Position numbers and translations under genes: made by a program
Source of the DNA: a virus
Taxonomy: Duplodnaviria > Heunggongvirae > Uroviricota > Caudoviricetes
Reading direction: 5' to 3' (one strand)
IMG/VR virus record: IMGVR_UViG_3300020429_000539
Span: 364,263-428,262 of that record
DNA length: 64,000 nt
Shown: positions 38,841 through 47,476 of the stretch, one piece after another
How positions within the stretch are numbered: the stretch's first letter is position 1
Layout of the letters: every line of letters begins with the position of its first letter
The notes under the pieces: generated by a model
Database searches by the model: none
What the model was told of the DNA's origin: nothing
Seen by the model: only the letters and a program-made list of their open reading frames with translations

Positions 38841-40820
38841 ATGGAAATAGAGGAAATCAAACAGTCTATATTATCCCTCGTTGGAGATGACGAGAACCTT
38901 GATAAGATCAAGGAAGAGATTGATACAATGGCTTCCGTAGAGGGTCTTGATGGGAAGCCAATACTGTTCAAGTTCTATGATGTATACAAAAAGCACGGCC
39001 ATAAGACGGGCGAAGAGAACAAGATAAACTCATGGACTGCTGTTGCTTTGGGGATGACCTCTAAGGAACCTGACGGCGAGTTTCTTCCTAAGCGCCGTGC
39101 TTTTGCTCGTGCAGGTTTTCCCGATATCGATTCGGACTTCGACTACGCTCGCAGGCAGGAAGTATACGACTACATCATCGATAAATACGGAAGAGAAAAC
39201 GTCGGTAACATCGGAACATATGGCGCGTTGAAGATGAAAAGCTTCGTCCGTCGTGCGTTTCGGGCGATTGACCCTGACAACGTGTGGCAGCCCACGCCGA
39301 AGGGTAAAGAACAGTGGATAACTCATTCTCGACTCAAGGGCGATGAGATTGTCAAGTCTCTGCCTACGCAGTTTGGTGCTGTTCTAAAGGTCAAACATGA
39401 TGGAGAAGAGCATGCAATCAAAACAACGGAAGACGCATACAGATATTGCAGGAACTTTGCTAGTTATATCGACAAATATCCTGACCTCCTCACTCACTCT
39501 AGGAATATTGAGGGACTTCTCTCTACATTTGGAGTACACGCTGCCGGTATCGTTATATCTGATTGTCCTCTAGATGAGATTGCTCCGCTTCGACAAACAA
39601 GTATCATTAAAGATACGCTCGACGGCGGCGAAAAAGTCTTTGAGTATGCAACTCAGTTTGAAAACGCAGACCTTGAGGAAATGGGTCTAATCAAGTTCGA
39701 TATTCTCGCTCTTAGCACCTTGACTGTTATGTCAAAGTGTATCCAACTTATTGAAGAGAACTGCGGCTTCAAGCTCGATATTACAGAGATACCGCTTGAT
39801 GACGAGAAGACGTTCGACTTATACAGGCAGGGTAAACTTGTTGGTGTGTTCCAGTGCGAAGAACCTGGTATGCAGCGGACTATGCAGCAGATGGGCGTTG
39901 ACCGCTTTGACGATATCATGGCAGGCGTAGCTCTTTATCGCCCTGGTCCAATGGAGAGTATACCGAGCTATTGCGCTCGCAAGCATGGTTCTGAGAGGGT
40001 TGAATACTTCCATGAATCTATCGAACCATTCGTAAAGCCCTATCTAGAGAGAACCTATGGACTGCTCGTTTATCAGGAGCAGATTATGCAGATTTGTAAC
40101 TCGCTTGCAGGTTTCTCTATCTCTGATGGTTACGTCATTATCAAGGCTATTGGTAAGAAGAAAGAGAAGCTGCTTGTTAAATATCGCGCTCAGTTTATTG
40201 ACGGCTGCGTGAGCAATGGCATTAGCAAGGGTCTTGCCACTGATTACTGGGACAAGTTTATTACGCCATTCGCCTTGTATGGCTTCAATGCTTCTCACTC
40301 GTGTTGTTATGGGTTCTTGTCATATCAGACGGCTTACCTCAAGGCAAACTTTCCAGAAGAGTTTATGACGGCATATTTGAACGTCGAACTTGACCGTGCA
40401 AAGCATGAGAAGGTTCAGCATCTCGAACAAGAGTGCAAGGCTATGGGAATCGAGATACTTCGCCGAAGTATAAATAGCGCTAACTGGGACTACGAGATTG
40501 TTCAGAAGAAAGGCAACGGCGTCCAAGTTTCGCAGATTCAGCCCGCGATTAGGTGCAAGGCTTTGCCTTCTCATGCGGCTAAGAATATCTTGGAAAATAG
40601 ACCTTACAAAGACATGCGGGACTTCGCGTTTAGAACAGATTCAAAACAGGTTGATACAAAAGCGGTTGAAGCTCTTGCTCTGGCAAACTTCTTTGCCCCG
40701 CACGGAAAGACAGTTGATAACACGCCTCCATCAGAGCGCGTGAAGAAGTTCTCGATTCTTCGAGAAGACAGGAAGAAGGCCTCTCGAAAAGGGGTCGTAT
40801 CGCAAGACCTATTTAGCTAG
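38841..40820 (+). CDS. dnaE: DNA polymerase III alpha, C-terminal part (catalytic palm, fingers, HhH); no OB domain
   Basis: PDIDSDF, GVHAAGIVIS, GLIKFDILAL, GVFQ, ALYRPGPM, TYGLLVYQEQIM, YGFNASHS, TAYLKANFP; ends SQDLFS. Confidence 0.92.
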   Translation: MEIEEIKQSILSLVGDDENLDKIKEEIDTMASVEGLDGKPILFKFYDVYKKHGHKTGEENKINSWTAVALGMTSKEPDGEFLPKRRAFARAGFPDIDSDFDYARRQEVYDYIIDKYGRENVGNIGTYGALKMKSFVRRAFRAIDPDNVWQPTPKGKEQWITHSRLKGDEIVKSLPTQFGAVLKVKHDGEEHAIKTTEDAYRYCRNFASYIDKYPDLLTHSRNIEGLLSTFGVHAAGIVISDCPLDEIAPLRQTSIIKDTLDGGEKVFEYATQFENADLEEMGLIKFDILALSTLTVMSKCIQLIEENCGFKLDITEIPLDDEKTFDLYRQGKLVGVFQCEEPGMQRTMQQMGVDRFDDIMAGVALYRPGPMESIPSYCARKHGSERVEYFHESIEPFVKPYLERTYGLLVYQEQIMQICNSLAGFSISDGYVIIKAIGKKKEKLLVKYRAQFIDGCVSNGISKGLATDYWDKFITPFALYGFNASHSCCYGFLSYQTAYLKANFPEEFMTAYLNVELDRAKHEKVQHLEQECKAMGIEILRRSINSANWDYEIVQKKGNGVQVSQIQPAIRCKALPSHAAKNILENRPYKDMRDFAFRTDSKQVDTKAVEALALANFFAPHGKTVDNTPPSERVKKFSILREDRKKASRKGVVSQDLFS

Positions 40821-40831
40821 GAGAAAACACG

Positions 40832-41149
40832 ATGAGCGATAAAGAAGCAGCACCGAGGCAGTCACGTATCCGCAAGGCGATTACTCGTAAGTATAATCTG
40901 GGTAACTATGAGAACATAGATGTCGTTGTTGATCAAGAACATACTATTGAATGGTCAAGTCTTGACGAGTTTATGAAGAAGTCCGCAAATATTACAAAAC
41001 TGGTAAACCGTGACTTTATGGATACTATTTCTCTCGTAGCTGAAGAACTGAGTCTTGAAGAAAAGAAGGCGTTTGTCAATGAATATGGTCCTGCCAAGTC
41101 AAATAGTGAACTGGCTGGGAAGGAAACTGACTACGATTCGCTGGATTAA
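40832..41149 (+). CDS. Hypothetical protein
   Basis: AGGAG SD; RKYNLGNYENIDV. Confidence 0.65.
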   Translation: MSDKEAAPRQSRIRKAITRKYNLGNYENIDVVVDQEHTIEWSSLDEFMKKSANITKLVNRDFMDTISLVAEELSLEEKKAFVNEYGPAKSNSELAGKETDYDSLD

Positions 41150-41164
41150 TAAGGTAGATGTAGC

Positions 41165-42319
41165 ATGTCCAAAAGCAAGGCACTAGAAGCTCTAGACGAT
41201 ATATTTGGCGTTGTCCAAGATGGCAGCAATATCGCCAAGCAGGATAGCGAAGAATCGCATGATTCTAGCTATGCAGATGCAGTAACAGATGATGATGCGT
41301 CCTTTGAGGATAAGGCTGATTTCGTCAAGCAATCTCTTGGAACCTCTGATGAGGTTCAGGTGGAGTATGGCGATAAGCCAGATGATGCCGAGCAAGAACC
41401 CTCTTTAGAAAGCGAGGCCGACCGTGAAGGACAAGCACCCTGTCAGGAAGAAGAGTCAAACGTTGTCTCCAAGAGCCCTGTTCCATCCGAAACCGTTGAA
41501 CCCGCTTCAACTGAACAAGTGGAGCAAGGTGCAGAGGCCGACAGTTCGACAAATGAGTCCCGAGATGAGAAAGAGCATGATATGGAAGTTCGGCCCGACG
41601 ATAGCGACGTATCGTCATCTAAAGAAGAGGTGAAAACTTCTCCCAAGAAAAAGCAGACAATAGATGAGCTTGAAGCAAACGGCTGGCTCGTGACTTGTCC
41701 TTCTCCGATGTGGCAAGAGTTTTACGACCGCAAGATTTCCGCTCTACAGCGGTATGTCGCGGGTCGGGAGATTCCGTTTGGTAAGTTTTACAAAGAACTC
41801 AAAACGGCTTACGTGGATATCCGTGTTAGCATGAGCGACCATAATGCTATTGCAGAAAAGATGCAAGAGATTCAGCAGTGTCGTGACCGTGTTACACAGA
41901 TTCGCGCACAGGTTAATTCGCAGTTTTATCTTTGGAAGCGGCTTGTCCCGTTGTTTGAGGGTCTTGTAGCTATGGTCAAGTATGAAAAGCCCGCTGCAAA
42001 GCAAGAAGGCGTCATTTATGATCGCATGCACGACATGATCGAATACTTTAGTAAACTAGAGACAATGCATGACACAAGCAAAGATATTCTTGCCAATCTT
42101 GATGCTGCTTATGACTCGCTGAGTAGACAGGTTACCATGTCAATGCCTCAGAAGTCGATTGAGCGTCATGAGGGTGGTTCTGGTAGCGTCCAGAGCCCCA
42201 AACTATCTGACTTTGATAGCATTGAAAATAAGCCTCAAAAAGGAGTGAATACGTCATCTCCAAAAGGCCAAAAGTCGATAGATAAAAAGACGAATGGAGC
42301 AGTAGAAATAGACTGGTAA
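41165..42319 (+). CDS. Hypothetical protein: acidic disordered N-half and helical/coiled-coil C-half
   Basis: 384-aa ORF between dnaE and ssb. Confidence 0.65.
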   Translation: MSKSKALEALDDIFGVVQDGSNIAKQDSEESHDSSYADAVTDDDASFEDKADFVKQSLGTSDEVQVEYGDKPDDAEQEPSLESEADREGQAPCQEEESNVVSKSPVPSETVEPASTEQVEQGAEADSSTNESRDEKEHDMEVRPDDSDVSSSKEEVKTSPKKKQTIDELEANGWLVTCPSPMWQEFYDRKISALQRYVAGREIPFGKFYKELKTAYVDIRVSMSDHNAIAEKMQEIQQCRDRVTQIRAQVNSQFYLWKRLVPLFEGLVAMVKYEKPAAKQEGVIYDRMHDMIEYFSKLETMHDTSKDILANLDAAYDSLSRQVTMSMPQKSIERHEGGSGSVQSPKLSDFDSIENKPQKGVNTSSPKGQKSIDKKTNGAVEIDW

Positions 42320-42382
42320 ATCGAAGGATTTACGCGACGAACTACAGTAGATGATTGGACAAAGACTTTTGTTCTCCTAAAC

Positions 42383-42475
42383 CACTGGTTCAAAGAGACA
42401 CTGGTCACTGGCTTCAGCGATTCAAGGTGTTCTTGTCTCGCTAAACACACTGTAACGTTAGCACTGCCAACACTG
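42383..42475 (+). repeat. Six CACTG direct repeats in the ssb 5' leader
   Basis: CACTG at 42383, 42399, 42406, 42448, 42462 and 42471, ending 5 nt before the AAGGAG SD. Confidence 0.8.
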
Positions 42476-42494
42476 ATTATAAGGAGAAAAAGTT

Positions 42495-43151
42495 ATGGCA
42501 AACGTAGTATCTTGGGGTGATCGTGAGAAGAATAGCAAGAAGAACCGCAGCGGAAATGATTTCCTCAGGCTCAAGCCTGGCGAGTACCAGATTCGCTGCA
42601 TTGGCCGCCCGGTCAAGTTCTATCGCTATTATGTAGACCAGCCTGCTGGCTCTGAACGACCATTCCTCTCCGCAATAACGTCGGACCCCGAAGAGTGCGT
42701 CATTCGCAATGTTTACAATCAGGAGCCTGCTTGCCGCTACGCTCTGAACGTAATCAACCGCGAGTCTGGCGAGCTTCAGATTCTTGAGATGCCTCAGACC
42801 ATTTTCAATCAGATTGCTGATTGGGCCGAGGAATGGGAGGTTGCTCCCGGCGGTCCCGAAGGCTGCGACTTCAAGATTAAGGTTCAGCGAGAGGGTAACA
42901 ACCCCCGCAACACCAAATACAAGGTAATCCCTCTCAAGCAGACTCCGTTCTCCGATGAGGAAGCAGAGTATCTGAAGGATGATGGCAAGGGACTTCACCC
43001 ATTGCTCGATATCTTCCGTGCGACTCCGCAGGACAAGATCGAGGAGGCCCTTGGTCTCAAGGCTCCCTCTGGTGACAGTGGCAGTAGCTCGAACGAGACG
43101 GTATCCGCCGGTTCCGGCAAGGATGCGTCTGACGACGACTTCCCCTTCTAA
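42495..43151 (+). CDS. Phage single-stranded DNA-binding protein (gp32-like OB fold)
   Basis: FLRLKPG...IR, RYALNVINR, G.DFKIK..G..NTKYKV; acidic tail ending DDDFPF; strong SD; next to RecA. Confidence 0.75.
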   Translation: MANVVSWGDREKNSKKNRSGNDFLRLKPGEYQIRCIGRPVKFYRYYVDQPAGSERPFLSAITSDPEECVIRNVYNQEPACRYALNVINRESGELQILEMPQTIFNQIADWAEEWEVAPGGPEGCDFKIKVQREGNNPRNTKYKVIPLKQTPFSDEEAEYLKDDGKGLHPLLDIFRATPQDKIEEALGLKAPSGDSGSSSNETVSAGSGKDASDDDFPF

Positions 43152-43178
43152 TCCTAACGGATAATCCAAATGCTTTAA

Positions 43179-43214
43179 AGGGGCCGTGGCCTAAACGGTC
43201 GCGGCCCCTGTTCT
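43179..43214 (+). terminator. 13-bp GC-rich hairpin, probable partial terminator between ssb and recA
   Basis: AGGGGCCGTGGCC-TAAAC-GGTCGCGGCCCCT with two G-U pairs, then a weak U tract GTTCT. Confidence 0.6.
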
Positions 43215-43239
43215 ATCCCTATGCAAGGAGAATTGTGAG

Positions 43240-44481
43240 ATGGCGAAAAACAAGAAAGCCGCCCTTCAGAACTTGAAGGGTTTTGAGTGGGGCGGATATG
43301 AGAGCAAAACTCTTATCCCAACGGGTCATGCTGAGCTTGACTACTACATTGCCCGTGGTCTTATGGAAGACGAAGAGTTCGGGAAGTTCGATGAAAGCAA
43401 AGTCGGTGGACTTCCTCTCGGTTGTATCTGCATGGTCTATGGCGGTCCTGGTGGCGGTAAATCATCTTTGGCTTATCGTATTTGTGGTTACGCTCAACGG
43501 ATGGGCCTGACTCCCGTTTGGTTCGATGTTGAAAACTCATTCAGCGAAGGCCTATCCAAGATCAATGGTGTTGACCTCTCGAAGATTGGTCGCATGCGTA
43601 TGTATGACAAGGATAACCCCGAAGATGTTTTCTACGCAGAACAGATTTTGGATTCGGTTGCTGACACAATCAAGGCCGGTGCTGATGTAATTGTGATTGA
43701 CTCGATTGCTGCTCTTGTTACTAAGGCTGAGCTTGAGAACTCTGCTGAGAAAGACACGATGGCTTCTTTGGCTCGTGTTCTTGGCAAGACAATACCCGCA
43801 ATCAATTCTTTGGCTGCCGCGAATAACTGTTTGGTTATTGCTATCAATCAGTTACGAGAAAAACCCGGCGTGAGCTTCGGTAATCCCGAGGGGACCAAGG
43901 GTGGTAACACGCTTCGCCACCAGTCTTCGATTATCCTCAAGGTTAATAAGCTCAGCAGCAAGGATTCGTTGATATATGTTGAGGGTGACGATGGTGAAGA
44001 TGAACTTATCGCTGGCTCAGCGAACGTATGGATTGAGAAGAACCGCTTTTCGATGCCACACAAAGCCGGTATTAATGTTCCTGTTTACTACAAGCCATAC
44101 TTTCCAGATATTGAAGAGGTTATCTTTAACACTGGGCGGCAGGTTCGTGTCATAAACAAGCGGAAGAGCGTGTATTCTTGGGGAGATATCAAAGTCGAAG
44201 GCCGGCGCGAGTTCATTGAAGCGCTGTCCGAAATACCAAACATGGATGACTTGATTGAGGAAATCAAGGTGGCAGCCGAAGAGCGTTCAACACCTTTGCC
44301 TCCAGAAATATTGAACATAGAAGCCCATCAGAGGTTTGAGAAGGGCTCTGAAGACGACACCGCCGAGGAAGCCGAAAAGCCAAAGCGCAAGAGACGCACA
44401 AAGCGTAAAGCCGCAGAACCAGATAAGAGCAATTTGGAAGCAGTTACTATACCTGCCGCCGAAGAGCAACCTGATCTATGA
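43240..44481 (+). CDS. recA: RecA/UvsX-like recombinase
   Basis: IPTGHAELD, GGLPLG, YGGPGGGKSS, FDVENS, IVIDSIAAL, INQLREK.GVSFGNPE..GGNTL, KNRF. Confidence 0.92.
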   Translation: MAKNKKAALQNLKGFEWGGYESKTLIPTGHAELDYYIARGLMEDEEFGKFDESKVGGLPLGCICMVYGGPGGGKSSLAYRICGYAQRMGLTPVWFDVENSFSEGLSKINGVDLSKIGRMRMYDKDNPEDVFYAEQILDSVADTIKAGADVIVIDSIAALVTKAELENSAEKDTMASLARVLGKTIPAINSLAAANNCLVIAINQLREKPGVSFGNPEGTKGGNTLRHQSSIILKVNKLSSKDSLIYVEGDDGEDELIAGSANVWIEKNRFSMPHKAGINVPVYYKPYFPDIEEVIFNTGRQVRVINKRKSVYSWGDIKVEGRREFIEALSEIPNMDDLIEEIKVAAEERSTPLPPEILNIEAHQRFEKGSEDDTAEEAEKPKRKRRTKRKAAEPDKSNLEAVTIPAAEEQPDL

Positions 44482-45233
44482 TTACAAAGTTTACCGAAGT
44501 AGAACGAGCCGAAATATGCGATTTGGCTAATGAAACTCTTCTCAAAGAGACGACCGAGGATACTCTTGAGGCGCTCAAATATCTCACAGATGTCCGTGGT
44601 ATCTCATTGGAGGTTTTGAAGAAGTTCAGGTTCGGTTACATTCCTAAGCGTGTCGGGCATGATTGGTCTGAAAGGATCATCATGCCGTTATACGACTCTC
44701 ATGATAATCTTATCGTCCTGACAAGCCGAAAGTTTCGCACGACGGACCATAAGCAGCGTCCTCATCTTCATGAGCAGTTTGATAAGAAGCGTTTTTTGTA
44801 TGGCATTCAGGCCGCAAAGAGAAGCATTCTTAACTGGAACGCGGTTGTTCTTGTTGAGGGGCAGTTCGATACGTGTCGATTGCATACAAATGGCTTGATC
44901 AATACAGTTGGAGTTCTTGGCAGTGCCTTTACTTTTGACCATGTATGTCAGCTTAGAAGGTATTGTTCTAACTTCTATCTTGCGTTTGATCGAGACAAGT
45001 CCGGATGGCAAAATATAATTCGAGCCATGAGGATGTATGACGAAAAAAGTCTCGCAACTTTCGATGTCAACTTTATTCCTGTTAGATTGCCGCAAGGCAT
45101 CAAAGACCCGGACGACTTCATCAGCAACCATGGCGTGAAAGCTTTTAATCGCTTACTCAAAGAGTCGAAAGAGCTAGCCAGTAGTTACAAAGAAAGAGAA
45201 TGGCATGGCATTACCACAGAAACAGCCGCCTGA
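44478..45233 (+). CDS. dnaG: DNA primase catalytic core (DnaG Toprim) lacking the zinc-binding domain
   Basis: YLTDVRGI, FRFGY, RIIMPL, LVEGQFD, LGSAFT, FDRDKSG, KDPDDF. Confidence 0.88.
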   Translation: MITKFTEVERAEICDLANETLLKETTEDTLEALKYLTDVRGISLEVLKKFRFGYIPKRVGHDWSERIIMPLYDSHDNLIVLTSRKFRTTDHKQRPHLHEQFDKKRFLYGIQAAKRSILNWNAVVLVEGQFDTCRLHTNGLINTVGVLGSAFTFDHVCQLRRYCSNFYLAFDRDKSGWQNIIRAMRMYDEKSLATFDVNFIPVRLPQGIKDPDDFISNHGVKAFNRLLKESKELASSYKEREWHGITTETAA

Positions 45234-46197
45234 AGTAGTCAATCTTATCAATCTTGTCAACACTCATCTGAAGTGGAAGAATCTTAATGGACCGCCCAGG
45301 GGTTATGAGGTTTATCACCCATCTGCCTTCGGTAGCTGCCTGCGACAGATGCAGTATCAGCGATACGCTGAGCGAGGCCTTATCGAGGGAGAGCCGGCGA
45401 AACCTGACCCTCGTATGTGCCGCATCTGGGAAACAGGTCATATTATTCAGACCCGTTGGGAGCAATACTTCATTGACATGGGTGTTCTTCGAGGTTATTG
45501 GGCCTGCCGCAACCCTTTGTGTCGCGAATATGATGATGAAGGCAAGCATGTAGGTCAGTCCAAGGATGAACCCCTTGAGAGGCCTCGTGTTCACGGGCGC
45601 GATAACAAGATTGGTATTTTCAAGCCAGATAAATGTAACTGTGGCTCTGACAAGTTTGATTATCAAGAAATCTCTGTTGTTGACAAAGAGCTAAACTTTC
45701 ATGGGCACGCTGATATCATTCTCGATTTCTCGAACTTCGATGCATCCGTCTACAAGACAGGCAATGCCGTTCGAATGCTATTCAAAGAGAACGAGCTACC
45801 GCAGAAGCCAATTGTTGTAGATATGAAGACAATCAACTCGTTCAAGTTCAAGAAGCTTGGCGCGTTGCCACATTTTCACTACAGGGTTCAGCTAACTATC
45901 TACACACACATTCTTGATTTGCAGTATGGCGTTTTGATTTACGAGAACAAAGACAACTGCGATACGAAGATATATCAGGTTCCTCGCAATGAAGCGATGT
46001 GGAAGAAGATTATCGAACAAGCAAACGTTATGTCTGAAATGGTGGAAGAGAAAAAACTTCCCCCGCCGCGCCCTACTTCTAAAGAGTCAATGGATTGTGG
46101 TTATTGTGATTTTCGGTCGATATGTCACTCATCAGCCGTGTGGAATGACCCTCATCTGCGTGAGAAAAGGAGGAAGTTCTACGGCGATTTCCGTTGA
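45205..46197 (+). CDS. Cas4-like PD-(D/E)xK exonuclease with Cys cluster
   Basis: HPSAFGSCLRQ, GHADII, VVDMKT, QLTIY, C-terminal CGYCDFRSIC. Confidence 0.8.
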   Translation: MALPQKQPPEVVNLINLVNTHLKWKNLNGPPRGYEVYHPSAFGSCLRQMQYQRYAERGLIEGEPAKPDPRMCRIWETGHIIQTRWEQYFIDMGVLRGYWACRNPLCREYDDEGKHVGQSKDEPLERPRVHGRDNKIGIFKPDKCNCGSDKFDYQEISVVDKELNFHGHADIILDFSNFDASVYKTGNAVRMLFKENELPQKPIVVDMKTINSFKFKKLGALPHFHYRVQLTIYTHILDLQYGVLIYENKDNCDTKIYQVPRNEAMWKKIIEQANVMSEMVEEKKLPPPRPTSKESMDCGYCDFRSICHSSAVWNDPHLREKRRKFYGDFR

Positions 46198-46208
46198 AGG
46201 AGAATGAG

Positions 46209-46535
46209 ATGACACAGATCAATGATGACCCTACTTTGCTGAAGGTTCGTGGGGAAAGCCGTTTTGGAGATTCCGAGGCAGACAGAGAGGCCAGCCGCAA
46301 GGATTATGTCAAGAAGCTTTCAGGAGCTATTTTGACAGTTATTGGAAAGCATGGTTCGGCAAAGCTCAAAGTAGTTGGTGCGCCTTCTCTTAGCAATGCT
46401 ACAAAGGCAGCAATCATCGCCAAAGGCGAAGGCATGAAGAAAGGTCTCGACCTGGTTATAGAGCCGAGCTTTGATAACGCAGAGTTTGATGGCAGCACGA
46501 AGACTGCTATTGTTTTGAAAGTAGTACCAAGATAA
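46209..46535 (+). CDS. spoVS: SpoVS-family (Alba-like) protein
   Basis: LLKV, LSGAI, VVGA.SLSNATKAAIIAKG, DLVIEPSF, DGSTKTAIVLKV; AAGGAG SD. Confidence 0.8.
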   Translation: MTQINDDPTLLKVRGESRFGDSEADREASRKDYVKKLSGAILTVIGKHGSAKLKVVGAPSLSNATKAAIIAKGEGMKKGLDLVIEPSFDNAEFDGSTKTAIVLKVVPR

Positions 46536-46547
46536 AGGAAGTAGCAG

Positions 46548-47177
46548 ATGTCGCACGAGTTTGATTACGATGAATACGAGACGTTAGCAAGCGATAAAAT
46601 CAAAGAGGTTCTTGCAGGTATTAGTCAGTTTGAGAATACCGCTGAGCTTGAAGATGCTTTGCTTGAGATTCAGCGAGCAGAAGATGCTATTGCGCATGTG
46701 AGAGCTATTAAGCAGCGGCGTGCGGCTTTCTACGATGCCGAAATCAAGGAAAACCAGCAAAAAATTGATACGCTTCGTGATGCTGTTCTTGATTGCATGG
46801 ACCGACGCGGCAAGAAGAGTCTGAAGTTTCCTGGCTTGGGCAACGCCAATATCCGCAACATCAAGGGCAAGTGGAATGTTGCTGACGAGAAAGCTCTTGT
46901 CGAGCATCTGAAGTCACTCAATATGGCTGACGAGGCTGGTATTGAACAGACTATTAAGATCAACAAGACTAAGTTGAACAAAGTTCTCAATGAGCTTGAT
47001 CAGAATAACAACCTTGGCGATTTTGTTGAGCGAGAAGAAGATAAGCAATCCTTGACCGTGAAGTTTGAATCGAAGGAAGAGGCTCCTGCTAAAGAAGATA
47101 AGGCGACCAAAAAGGTGAAGACGGTCAAGAAGCAAGCCGAGGCTCCCAGTAACGAATTCGATAAGTTAGAAATATGA
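46548..47177 (+). CDS. Mu Gam/Gp157-like host-nuclease inhibitor protein
   Basis: Coiled coil, KKSLKFPGLG..NIR, KINKTKL; in the recombination cluster. Confidence 0.6.
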   Translation: MSHEFDYDEYETLASDKIKEVLAGISQFENTAELEDALLEIQRAEDAIAHVRAIKQRRAAFYDAEIKENQQKIDTLRDAVLDCMDRRGKKSLKFPGLGNANIRNIKGKWNVADEKALVEHLKSLNMADEAGIEQTIKINKTKLNKVLNELDQNNNLGDFVEREEDKQSLTVKFESKEEAPAKEDKATKKVKTVKKQAEAPSNEFDKLEI

Positions 47178-47476
47178 GTATACCGCAAGCCATTATTGAC
47201 GATCTGTCTGGTCTAAAAAGGTTTCCTTATTCCGATCTTTCCGAAGAAGAAATCACAGCGATTGATCAGTGGCGAGAGCAGGCATTGAATATATTACCTG
47301 CTATTACTCCCGATACTTGGGAAACCATTTTGCCTATTTTGGGTTACGACCTTGAAGGCGCAAAACAGGCTGTTAATAAGAAAAGAGAAAGCGATTTATT
47401 ACCTAGTTCTATACAGTCGCTTTTTCTATTAGAACAGTTGAACAAATTAGCAGAACAAAATGTACGGTTCCACTAA
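47174..47476 (+). CDS. Hypothetical protein
   Basis: ATGA coupling; CGATA 10 nt upstream. Confidence 0.5.
   Translation: MSIPQAIIDDLSGLKRFPYSDLSEEEITAIDQWREQALNILPAITPDTWETILPILGYDLEGAKQAVNKKRESDLLPSSIQSLFLLEQLNKLAEQNVRFH

Noticed and set aside
38821-38843. Stop-codon readthrough or alternative genetic code joining the dnaE parts
   Set aside because: The stop is TAA and the next ORF is in another frame; TAA, TAG and TGA all end well-conserved genes at expected positions.
38700-39110. Split intein or group I intron in dnaE
   Set aside because: No intein N- or C-terminal motifs. The junction restoring canonical spacing would not end in the G required of a group I intron, I saw no core pairing, and the insert reads as protein.
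42383-42475. CACTG repeats as a mini CRISPR array
   Set aside because: Repeats are 5-6 nt with irregular 2-37 nt gaps.
42477-43169. 230-aa minus-strand ORF
   Set aside because: Antisense shadow of ssb with no motif; the + strand gene has SD, context and a family match.
45205-46197. CRISPR-Cas system suggested by the Cas4-like gene
   Set aside because: No repeat-spacer array or other cas gene seen; solo Cas4-like nucleases are common in phage recombination modules.
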